In this document: positions 49,001-58,720 of the stretch, in pieces
Position numbering within the stretch: position 1 is the stretch's first letter
Layout of the letters: every line of letters begins with the position of its first letter
Origin: Nemertoderma westbladi
Lineage: Eukaryota; Animalia; Xenacoelomorpha
Reading direction: 5' to 3'
Assembly (NCBI GenBank): GCA_032718475.1
Contig: JAUCBJ010005785.1
Coordinates: forward strand, 12,912-76,911
DNA length: 64,000 bases
The notes under the pieces: model-generated
What the model was told of the DNA's origin: nothing
The model's input: the letters and a program-made list of their open reading frames with translations, nothing else
Database searches by the model: none
Made by a program: the position numbers and the translations under genes

Positions 49001-52000
49001 AGACTTCTGACTCACCCCTCAGAAACAATGTGTTGAACAGTTATAAAAGTGTAAAAGTATTATCCTTTTCCATTTATATGCTTTAGGAATTAGAGTCACA
49101 AAGCCGACATCTGGCTTGGTTGGAGCAGGCCAAGGGGTCCTTCTCCGATTGGTTTGGGGCCATAGAAGAATTATCTCCTGATGAAGCTAAGGTTGGTGGC
49201 AAGATGGAGGTGTGTTGGGGGCGGGGTGGGGGGGGGTGGAATTATCAATGGTTTGGTATCTAGGGTGGGGTGTATCTGTGGTTTGGTATAGGTATAAGTG
49301 GGGGGGGGGGGGGGGGGGGGGGGGGGTCTATGGCGTTTGGTTGGTAAATTGTATTGATAATTAATTGTAATTTACCAATCATTATTTATTATTCTAGGAT
49401 AGGCACTTTTTCGTATCTCGATTCGGCGATCAACTTCCTTGTAAGAGCAGTTGTAACAATTGTCTTTCGGACCTCAGGGATCGAACACGATACCGTTGTT
49501 TGGACTGTAAGGATACGGACTTCTGTGGGAACTGTTTCACAAGTAAGTCATTGGGTTATCTCGTAAATATATATTGTAAAGTTATCTCCAGACTCATTCC
49601 TCTGTAGTCTTTCACTTCTGATTTCTCTTATTAATAACTTGGTACAATATCATTCAATCGATTATATTTCTGTGTTGGTGAGAAAAATAGACTCCCAGAT
49701 GTAAAGTAAAGAAAGTAAAGTAAAGTAAAGTAAAAGTAATGTAATGTAAAGTAAAGTAAAGTAAAGTAAAGTATAGTAATGTAATGTAATGTAATGTAAT
49801 AATGTAATGTAATAATGTAATGTAATGTAATGTAATAATGTAATGTAATGTAATAAGGTAATGTAATGTTATGTAATGTAATGCAATGCAATGCAATGTA
49901 TTGTAATGTAATGTAATGAAATGTAATGCAATGTAATGTAATGTAATGTATGTAATGTAATGTAATAATGTAATGTAATGTATGTAATGTAATGTAATAA
50001 TGTAATGTAATGTAAAGTAATGCAATGCAATGTAATGTAATGTAATGTAATGTAATGTAATGCAATGCAATGCAATGCAATGTAATGTAACGTAATGTAA
50101 AGTAAAGTAATGTAATGTAATGTAATGTAATGTAATGTAATGTAATGTAATGTAAAGTAAAGTAAAGTAAAGCAATGTAATGTAATGGATGTAATGTAAT
50201 GTAATGTAATGTAAAGAATTCTTCCTTGTATGCGGTAATTTCACATGAAAGCTCCATCTTTTGAGCCGGACCACAGTTGCTATGGTTGTAGTATTCCCTG
50301 CCACAATAGTTTCACCGTATGTTTCGGCCTCGCTTCGCAAGTATGTTTGATTGTCTATTTTTATTGAGTCGGTTTATTGTGTAAGTATGTTTGTTTGTCT
50401 ATTTTTATTGAGGCGGCCTATTGCTTAAGTATGTTTGATTATCCATTTTTATTGAGTCGGCCTATTGTGTAAGTATGTTTGTTTGTCTATTTTTATTGAG
50501 GCGGCCTATTGCTTAAGTATGTTTGATTGTCTGTTGTTATTGAGTCGGCCTATTGTGTAATTTTTTTGATTGTCTGTTTTTATTGTGTCGGCCTATTTTG
50601 TGAGTTTGTTTGATTGTCTGTTTTTATTGAGTCGGTTTATTGCTTAAGTATGTTTGATTATCTGTTTTTATTGAGTCGGTTTATTGTTTAAGTATGTTTG
50701 ATTATCCATTTTTATTGAGTCGGCCTATTGTGTAAGTATGTTTGTTTGTCTATTTTTATTGAGGCGGCCTATTGCTTAAGTATGTTTGATTGTCTGTTGT
50801 TATTGAGTCGGCCTATTGTGTAATTTTTTTGATTGTCTGTTTTTATTGTGTCGGCCTATTTTGTGAGTTTGTTTGATTGTCTGTTTTTATTGAGTCGGTT
50901 TATTGCTTAAGTATGTTTGATTATCTGTTTTTATTGAGTCGGTTTATTGTTTAAGTATGTTTGATTATCCATTTTTATTGAGTCGGCCTATTGTGTAAGT
51001 ATGTTTGTTTGTCTATTTTTATTGAGGCGGCCTATTGCTTAAGTATGTTTGATTGTCTGTTGTTATTGAGTCGGCCTATTGTGTAATTTTTTTGATTGTC
51101 TGTTTTTATTGTGTCGGCCTATTTTGTGAGTTTGTTTGATTGTCTGTTTTTATTGAGTCGGTTTATTGCTTAAGTATGTTTGATTATCTGTTTTTATTGA
51201 GTCGGCCTATTGTGTAAGTTTGTTTGATTGTCTGTTTTTATTGAGTCGGTTTATTGCTTAAGTATGTTTGATTATCTGTTTTTATTGAGTCGGCCTATTG
51301 TGTAAGTTTGTTTGTTTGTCTGTTTTTATTGAGTCGGTTTATTGTTTTTGTTTGATTGTCTATCTTTATTGAATCGGCCTATTGTTTAAGTTTGTTTGTT
51401 GGTTGTTGTTAATTCAAATGTAATTTACCCCCTATTGCGTATCCATTGGATGCATATATTATACTACTACTAGCGTACTAGGTCAAGCGAACTCGGACAT
51501 CATATATTATTAGATTGCATTTACTTGACTTTATGAATCTATCGTTATTTTTGTGCCATTTATTGAATCAATATTTAAGCTCATGCAAGATCAGAAGATC
51601 TTACTGTTATTTATAATAATAAAATTGTAATTAAACCCATTGCAGTCTTAATTTGGTCTTTACGTCTCCATAGAAAGCTGCTCCCAGTTAGTGATCTATA
51701 CTAGAACATCAAAGGTGTTAACATTAATATGATAATTTATTAACGTGTTATTCAGGTGAAGCTATGGTTGAGGGTCATGAGGCTTCTCATCGATTGTTCC
51801 GTTTTCGGTTTTACTGCGATAACTGTCAAGCCTTCATTGTGGGCACCCGTTACCATTGTCTAAGATGTGATGACTTCGATCTCTGTCTCCATTGCCATAC
51901 CAAGGAAACATTCCCCACCCGGTTAGTGAGGGACAACAAAATCATCGACTTTATATTCATGTCAAAAGGGATTATCCTTCAATAAAATGTAATATAATGT

Positions 52001-55000
52001 AAAGCATTACCGATAGTAAGTAAATTACATAATTTAAATAAAATTAATATTATTATTGCTAATTATTCATAAATATTAGTAGTAATAATAATTTTCGAAT
52101 ATTTGTAAATGTTTACTACTACTACTAGGTCGAGCGAACTCAGACTTAACTGGGGTCTTTGTAAATGTTTATCACTTTATAAATTATCGAGTTCTAGCAT
52201 ATTAATATAACAAGACTGTTTTGTTTTTAGTTGTAAAATATGATGTTAATTTTCGAATAAATATTCGTTCTCCACGGCGTTCTCAAACACTCACTTGAAT
52301 AAATATTCGTTCTCCACGGCGTTCTCAAACACTCACTCGAATAAATTACAGCAGTTCTCGTCCCGATTGAATGATCATCGCTACGCATCGCTTTGTAACC
52401 TAATAAAGTAACCCGAATATTTTGTTTTAGACATTCCTCAGAGCATCCGATTACTGAGATCCACATGGAGGTTGTCAGAGCAAAGAGCCGAAGCAGCACC
52501 CACCAAGTCTGGGATTATGTTTACACATTCGCTTGTATGAATTTTGCAGCGCTATCGATGCTAGTCAGCAATATGTTAGCTAATATAAACCAATCAGGTA
52601 ATTCAAAAGTGAAAAGGTTATTTATGAAAAATACTAAATGAAAAAAAAAAGAAAAAAAAAAAAAACGAAAAATAGATAAACAAATCAAATAGCTTTGAAC
52701 CTGAACCCGATAATATTTTGCCCAGTGGGTGACTGCTGACAGCTGGCAGCGCGGAGTTAATTACTTCAAGGGATAAAAAGCTATTGTTTTCTGTAATAAA
52801 TTCCATAGTTATTTTTCTTTGTTTTACTCAGTTAAAATAAAGTATTGACTAAAGGGAGTTCGTAACGTTTTATTGTTATGTTTCAGTTGAAAATGACGTT
52901 TATATTGAGCCACTGTATAGATTACTTCATCAATGCATCTCACTGGTTTTCACACATTTGGACAAAATGCCGAAGGTCACATCTTCTGGTAAAGCTATCG
53001 CCGATGAAGCTGACATTGCGACAAAAGGCGTAACGGATTCCATAGAGAAGGTGGGAGAAACTCAAACGGAACGTTACGCCTCGGATCTAGCGAGTGGAAT
53101 AATAAGATCATTGCTAAACATCGACCCTGGATTCCGCAGAGATGACGACAAGGATGTCGCCGCCCCTGATATTCCCCGAGCTGAGGTACATGATGATACC
53201 GGGAAAGGAGATGATGATGATTTGGGCGTCGTAACCGAAAAGGGACAGGGTGATGCTGAAGTTAATGACATTATGGCAAATGGCAATCCTATTTCCATTG
53301 TAAACAACGTAGACTCCCATACTCTATACTCAAACATCCACTATAATGCCGATGCCACTACCGTTGACGGTGCCGTTGCGGCTACTCTTGCTGCCGCGGT
53401 TGCCGGTGCTGCTGGTGATATGACTAGCATTTCCTCTGCCGCTATGGATTTGGTTGACAGAAGTATGAGAAGGAGAAACCGTCGGAACCGGATAATTGGG
53501 GACCGAAGTCGAATAATTCTTGCCCGGAGAATTCTTGACTCCCCTCCCGAAACATCCTCCGAGTCATCATCGTCGGACTCATCGAGCGACGACGATACTA
53601 CAAGCAGCTCGGTCGATGAAGGTCCTATGAGACGTCACATGGAGCAATTAATGCTTGCTTCTTTCAAACCTACAAAACCAAAAGCTTTCGCGTCATGTAT
53701 GGAGTCTCTTACAGAAATGATATTGGCTCTATTGGGGGTGCTTCTACCAAGGATACAAAAGAAAAGCAGCTGTTATACCAGCGACACACCCCGAGCAGTG
53801 AACATGGAGAAACTCTTTGATCTCATGTTCGACATTGTCATGGGTAAAGTTTTAGATAAATTGGACAACTCTTCCAGTGTAGCCATCGGAGTCTTAGGTA
53901 CTTTATTACAATTGAAGAAAGAGGAATTGCGTTGCAAGGATACATCTGACCGAACTGGGGTTGCAACTGGGGTCAATGAATATTGTGAATACTTATCGAA
54001 TTTTATGCATTTGGGCGTGGATTCTATGAAAAATGGTAAGATGGACGTTTCTCATTGTATCGCCGCACGTTTACATGATCTATTGAAAGAGGATTCCAGC
54101 GATATTTTGAATATGATTACGGCGAGGTTCGACTTACCCGGCGATGAGACCAATCTTATAATGCAGATATTCTGTTTGCTAGCGCTTTCTGGATTCCCTA
54201 AGCTACCGTACGTCGGCCAACTAGCTCGGCAGTTGCCCATTGTCCGGGACAACACCGCAGTCTCCATCGGGGCCGAAACAGCAGAAGATGACGCGAACAA
54301 CGTCGTTATGATAACGCATTGCACGCTGGAGGGAGATGGACCGGTGAGTGTGATCGACATTAGGAACCGAATCCGTGGTACCTGCCTCCCCGGTTACTTA
54401 GCACTCCTTGGTAATGGTGGCGTCGATATCACAGACGACTTCCTCAAACTGTTGTTAAACTACGCCGTGGTTCCCATGTCGAAAGACCAAAAACACCAGA
54501 TATGGCTACAGCCGTTTGCTCTCCAAGCCGTTGTTGATTTGGCCGCTGGGAGTCGCTTAGTCGAAATCGTTGATAATAGCGAAACCGATATCCTTAATCA
54601 ATTGATTAAGCTCGCCTTTAAGCCAACTGGCATGGCAAAAGCATGGCAGACTAAACATTTAGGAGCCTTAGCTATGAAATACTTTACTCAGATCCAACAA
54701 TCACCTGAAACTGACTCTGATAAAAAGGGGAACGCGATTGACAAGGAAGCAGCTACTGATAGTACGATAATAGCAATAGCTGGAGCCGACAAGGACCCAC
54801 TAGAGGGCATCGAAGAAGAGATAGTTAGATGCTTAATAAACATAAACGAAGCTTTGGGAGTTTCTTTCCCCATATTGCGGGGGGTTTATGAATATGTTAG
54901 CTCGAATTATGTTGCCTCTGATGAAGGCACAAAGGCTGAGGTGTTAGTAAGAGAGGTGGAGAAATACTACGACGGTGAAACGTTCAATCCACCAGCAGCC

Positions 55001-56359
55001 GCAAAAGATTTCGCTAAATGTTGGGGTAAAGAAATCGTCGATGATAAAACCGTAGAATACCAAGTGAAAGATTTCGATGTCGGTCTTAAGGAATATGATC
55101 CTGATACGTACAAATTGCCATCGAACAAAAAGGCTATCGAAGAGCCAGGCATTAACATGAACACAGAGCGACTCATAAAAGTCTTTGATGCAGAGAAGCG
55201 AGGAAAGAAGACCGAATATGAGGCATCAAAGAATTTACTGGATGCGGCTCTAAAAGGCAAAGAAGGAGTTGGTGGATTTAAGTATTCATACTTTAAAGTT
55301 AACGAATGTTTATTAATTCTAGAAGCAAGAAAGTTACTAGGGAAATTGTTGCTGAACGCATCGGAAATCCACAGCTCGGTCCCTCAGTCACTGAGTATTA
55401 GTTCCTTAGTTGCGAAGTCTAACGTTTCGGTATTATGCATTCTCCATTTGATGCACACCATCACCGATGCCGACTCTTTCAACGCGATTGTCTCCTCGGT
55501 AGTCGGTTGCACATCGACTCCGTCTGAGGTTCTCGAGATGGCTCGAGTTGCGTGCCACTTTATATCGGAACTAAAACGCGAAACGAAAGTCATAGAAGTT
55601 CGAAAGTCGCTCAAAGGAACCGCGAACATTCCAAACTCTCAGTATCTGGACATCACCGTCGACCTCAGTTTGGGTAAACTCGAAGAAAGCGACGAGGACT
55701 ATTTCCAGATGATACTCCTGCCTACCGGCGCCCCCATTAAAGAAGGGACCATAGTTAATGACCCGGATTACGATTGTTACATTGTTAAAATCCCCGGGGA
55801 TTCCGTTGATTACGAGTTCGAGTTCGACTCCCCTTTGAAGGGATTCACCGTGACCGTTACGGTCCAAGGCGGCGAGTTGAATCGGTTCGAGACGGGATAT
55901 TCGGTGCTCGTCGCGATCCTCGACAAACCGGATTTCGATTCGAACGAAGGTGTTCTCCAGTTATGTTCCATCGTTTGGCAGTGGTTAGTGAAGGCTGCGG
56001 ATTTCAACACTCACGACTACAGACTACGTTTGCTGAATTTGATGCTAAAGTTAATGGTTTCTGTAAGTAATTTACCCGTAGAATGCAGCAAGACGTGTCC
56101 GCTTGACTTGTCGCTTCTGAAACCGTTGTGGAAAATGTTCAACGAGATGTTGAGTCGAACCAATAAGGAGGAGTTGTTGCGTTCGCAGTTGGACCGCACG
56201 CTCATGGAGGTCTTCTGGTGCGCGGAGTCCCTAGCAACGCGTTGGGGAACTCTAGAGTTCTATAAGGCATCTTTGGTTACTAAGGCCGATGTGCGAGATT
56301 TAGTTAAAGAAGCTGCTCTCAACGTCAAATGTTTGCTATCATCGATAGATGTTGAATAG
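31025..56359 (+). CDS. ZZEF1: ZZEF1 orthologue (C-terminal half), spliced: exons 31025-31166, 39787-39880, 48716-48897, 49087-49191, 49398-49542, 51756-51921, 52431-52597, 52887-56359
   Basis: All introns are GT-AG and phase-compatible (0,1,0,0,1,2,1). The joined peptide HYGDNLEGCGLENETAVRK|AFYLLVRR..RSLL..LILHLLCIVWKPKD..IELPELL..FSDWF..DRHFFVSRF precedes two tandem ZZ fingers (CNNC..RYRCLDC..DFCGNC..H..H; CDNC..RYHCLRCDDFDLCLHC..H..H). The C-terminus VWQWLV..DLSLLKPLW..RTLMEVF follows the order I recall for human ZZEF1. Confidence 0.88.
31585..34959 (-). CDS. GNPTAB: GlcNAc-1-phosphotransferase alpha/beta precursor, intronless, nested antisense in a ZZEF1 intron
   Basis: MLHKLIQKHTYSCLSRRY N-terminus and TM helix; Stealth CR1 (DVVYTWVNGSD), CR2 (RFQDNEELRYSLRS..FIYLNDD), two LNR repeats, S1P-type site RLLL/DSFSDSL, CR3 (VPAHMPH), EF hand DTDDSGVLSDRE, CR4 (KKFICLNDN) and a C-terminal TM. 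The ORF is open back to an ATG at 35073. Confidence 0.96.
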   Translation of the reverse strand: MLHKLIQKHTYSCLSRRYSIYLIFAGIIVFAFSAMYFLSVSHVSLQHMGNNSGDYIIQVYRDNIADRSVWDDIGGPLPVDVVYTWVNGSDPRMLVELRKVRRVMEREQNGVEQTDSLCPYSHCIPTNMLILQPAVPGHIKLSELQLKYKQFMPALTMYNKTVPGEFQFQITVMEFALESSLLKAMSSPVDINGAAVHASQGYVTTNYLAPHSVLLSHAFIVENVTTRADQVRNRLRADGLPVSADVIVHANAALVTSRTEDLSAFVTAHEWDRRINTASLVWDLDALPTDDRSESNRFQDNEELRYSLRSVARYAPWVRRVYVVTNGQIPHWLNLEHPRVVLVTHAEIFANRSHLPTFSSPAIEANLHRIPGLSNHFIYLNDDVFFGAPIRPSDFLAPSSGQRVYLTWPVPSCAEGCAAAWLADGYCDAVCNRSRCDYDGGDCLGARPGRGGYAGAHSEDSMCAPGCFDGWVADRYCDPACNRPVCGYDAGDCGPQLHLINKLTINDVTKPEVAPLGWGVFYIDLNDVIDANATVVTASYDSNGDIVRVVGVNIPSRSMTVVLYANVGSTRVDFLVTADAGNVTVATRWSVVCDTSRGEFLVAKETEMGADDVISIPDIPDGSLGPKVNRSLYAGGAPSGLPDYLDTRGLPDGVLRHVKQLQTKYANEELTRLGYTRYLNTLLSPYQSIITSNFNVNNNSETIIPLSLSALNLNTNISHHVSKSLNTSLINDSYKTESKLSRDILSLSENYVEKITKTKLVENYGSLPWEKLGTYDSLVEEKYKRDALKESYRTRGGRGRLLLDSFSDSLLYVNSLYNRAFGHAARSVPAHMPHFANRDIVEELHETFPEEFHKTSSHKLRHSEDMQFAFSYYYYLMEAKVKLNFSQIFEDLDTDDSGVLSDRELRVLAVRLYPFPLTMGSLTNMEYIISNCTKTNPEEYPHRPEETYYNPILPQVTRAVFQSCEPLLNKINESTSYTNRNKYKFETTDDEQVAFKMIRSNVSKVIDQMDDIRRRPKKFICLNDNIDHNHADAHVVKAIVKDLLETLYPKPSPFELSADYRNRFLYVDDLREWSKYRQLLLFRINIMFLIVLAYIVLPYLRIWFHKTAAYILPTFYNRRRIHSL
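35931..36070. repeat. 45-bp tandem repeat x3
   Basis: AAAATAAATTAAAATTAATTAAACTAGTTAAGGAGCCTAGTATAG. Confidence 0.9.
36072..36585 (+). mobile_element. Non-LTR retrotransposon 3' end with CCHC zinc knuckle
   Basis: LQIENGR..PRNDKLCQLCNVQEVEDEYHFVLKCPLYHDLR followed by a 3' UTR and AATAAACAAAC. Confidence 0.75.
37551..37650. repeat. Nested inverted repeats (foldback); related sequence in inverted form at ~39160-39210
   Basis: TTTATTATCCTGATATTTTGTTATTTTTCCGG ... CCGGAAAATAACAAAATATCAGGGTAATAAA enclosing the hairpin GGAACAGGAA-AG-TTCCTGTTCC. Confidence 0.7.
39871..46105 (+). repeat. 31-bp minisatellite, about 200 copies, built from a ZZEF1 exon end plus 5' splice site
   Basis: Unit CACACAATTG|GTAGGTTTATTATGAGGCAGA; the first copy overlaps the last 10 nt of exon 39787-39880. 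Confidence 0.97.
47135..47948 (+). mobile_element. RTE LINE RT fragment (second subfamily)
   Basis: QNRFRPNRSTITQILALQRLIE..FVDFKKAFDSIHR..GVLQGDTLAPLLF..DFAHD..INATKTE. Confidence 0.9.
49700..50216. repeat. (GTAAT/GTAAA/GCAAT)n pentanucleotide microsatellite
   Basis: Visible directly; explains the LHYIT ORFs. Confidence 0.97.
50339..51400. repeat. 44-bp minisatellite (~24 copies) with a 263-bp six-unit higher-order repeat
   Basis: Unit AAGTATGTTTGATTGTCTATTTTTATTGAGTCGGCCTATTGTGT; the ATCCATTTT variant occurs at 50441, 50704 and 50967. Confidence 0.95.
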
Positions 56360-57149
56360 ATATTTATTATGTTTCAGTTATTGCTTCCATTATCAAAATA
56401 TTATAATTAATTTTGGACATTTTCTCCACATTTTATTCGGACCACTTATTAATTGGATTCAGCCTCAAGGGAACTCCCCACTCCCGTTGGTGCTAAATTA
56501 ATTTCTTTCGTCTACGTAAAACTGAAAGTTTTTTGTACCTTGATTTTAAATTATATTTGTTGCGAAGGAAACATTAACCGGATCAGTTTGTTTACATCGA
56601 TTTGAATATACTACTAAATTACCGATATTTGTATGCGTACAACGTTTTAGTATTATTATTATGTTTGCTATTCAATTAATAGTTAAGAAATGCTGGTAGT
56701 GGTAGTTTATAAATTTAATACATCGTTACTATTATTGTGCTAAATGCTACTTTTAAAACAGTAAATGGAACGAAAATATTGAATCTGAAACAAAAAACTA
56801 TTTATTTACTTGAAAAAATTACGCTTTTTTTCCCCGCCGACCTCGAGCTGTATACGTTGCCGGGCAAATTTCAACGAGCAAATTACACATCAAGGGGCTT
56901 TCCTTCATTCTTTTTCTGCTAATGTCGGGAGTTTGACAGACTTTCCGACGCCACCAGCGTTGTAGAGGAACCGATAGTTGAATCAGAGAAATTGAATCGG
57001 GGCTGAGGGCGTCGGCTGGACTCGTCTTGATGTCCAATCATAAAGATAGTGGATTAGAGGAAATCCCTGCAGAGGTATGAAAAACAGGCGCGCAGAGCAG
57101 ACCATGATTATTGGATGTTTGCAACCGGATGTTGAAAGGGGAAAAGCCA

Positions 57150-57750
57150 CCACCAATTTGGACTAAAAGTCAACTAAAGCCTCTCACCAAGAAAGAGGAC
57201 TTCGTTATACCAACTACACAAACTATCTTGGGATATGTCTGCTTGTGGTAGCTTCCAAAATATACTACATAATGATTCTATAGAATTAGGCCTCACATAC
57301 AAATAAATTAACAATATCTCAGATGCTTGCGCTACGGAGACTGTTTGAGGGAATTAAGTGAAAGAATCGCCGTGTATTCCTGACATTGTGGACATTTTTT
57401 TTTCAAGAAAGCATTCGATCCATCCATAGAGGTAACATGCTGGGAATCCTAAGGGCTTATGGTACACTACCACCGTGTCAACTACTCTCTGTGAACGCAG
57501 ACTACAATTCAGTGCGCACTGGGTACTCTGGAAATTTAAAAACGAGGTCATACCAGATCTACTTTTCTAGCAACCAACACAACGAAAACACAAGGAAGGG
57601 GTAACCGTGGACGACGGGCTATAACATATATAGATCAACTTGAAAGGGATACTGAACTTGAGAGAAACGAAATTGAGAATCGGGAAGCCTGGAAGGATCT
57701 CATTTCCTCTGTCCGAACTCACTCGACCTAGTAGTACAATAGAAGTAGTA
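57150..57750 (+). mobile_element. Heavily deleted RTE LINE copy (same subfamily as 47135-47948)
   Basis: Shares ATGATTCTATA..GAATTAGGCCTCACATA and GCATTCGA.CCATCCATAGAGGTAA with 47160-47390; ends in TAGTAGTA. Confidence 0.75.
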
Positions 57751-58199
57751 GTTGGAAAAAAAGTCTGATTTTTCTTCCATAAAATAAATGTTATTCTTAA
57801 ATTGGTAAGACTGTCCCAATTATACCAAATATTATTATTTTGGGACTAAACACTTTTTTCGTTTTTCCCTGGAGAAAACCATTTCATTGGATGGATAGTA
57901 AGTATCGGTATCGTTTATTGTTTTGGTCAGAAAACACTGTGTAATTTTTATATCGACCATATAACCAGTTTTACGTCCCTACCTTCCTTCCTCCCAAATA
58001 GAACCCGCTATCCTCCCCGGGGACTCGCTCCTCCCTCCACAATGGAACCACCCCCCCCCCCCCCCCGAACCCGCTACCCCCCTGCCCAATCTCCTCGCCA
58101 ATAGAACCCAATTTATATTTTTGCCCCCCCCCCCCCCCCCCCCCCCCCTCTCCTAATAATTACACCTGAGGGCATCCACTTCTCAAAGGTTTACATGAA

Positions 58200-58720
58200 T
58201 AAGCAACGGTTTATTAATTTAATTATTTTTTGTGCGGAATCTCAATGCGGAAAATGGCACAAACCCTCCATAATTAAGCAATGGGTGTTGAAAGGGAGGC
58301 CACAGACTGTACCGCCCATATTCCAAGACCGGCCCATACGCTGCGTTCCATCGGCCCAAATATCCCACAGATTGCTTCCGTAAAAACACATTGCATAGCG
58401 TCGTTGGATTTCAAATAAACATGACGGAAAGGTGAAGGAGAATTCTTGGTGTGAACTACGCCATTTTCCTACGAATTGACCTCTCTTAATGGTTAAGTCC
58501 GCCTCGAAGCAGCACTTAAAGTCCAAAACATTCCCAAGGTGCTTAGCTTTCCTAACCCAAGGCAGTCTAACACCCTCCAAAATAACATTACAGCGAGGCT
58601 CAGACCATTTTTGGCCGAATGGTATTCACTTTGATTTACTCTTCGCTGGGTCGCTGTCCCGGCTAAACTTGAGATTATATTTCAAAGAGAACTCTCTGAC
58701 ATTATTGTATGAAATTCTTT
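58200..58720 (-). mobile_element. Decayed LINE (L2/CR1/Crack-like) RT C-terminal fragment
   Basis: YNLKFSRDSDPAKSKSK..LPWVRKAKHLGN..FYGSNLWD..GLPFNTH. Confidence 0.7.

Noticed and set aside
50245-50340. Extra ZZEF1 exon (MKAPSFEPDHSCYGCSIPC..)
   Set aside because: Exons 49398-49542 and 51756-51921 already join in phase and complete the ZZ finger; no good acceptor is present.
49631-50340. LHYIT-repeat ORFs, and the RCDRYGAIVT ORFs at 62674-63057
   Set aside because: Translations of micro- and minisatellites.
52958-56359. Stand-alone 1133-aa gene
   Set aside because: It is the terminal exon of ZZEF1, with an in-phase acceptor at 52886 and a TTG start in the ORF track.
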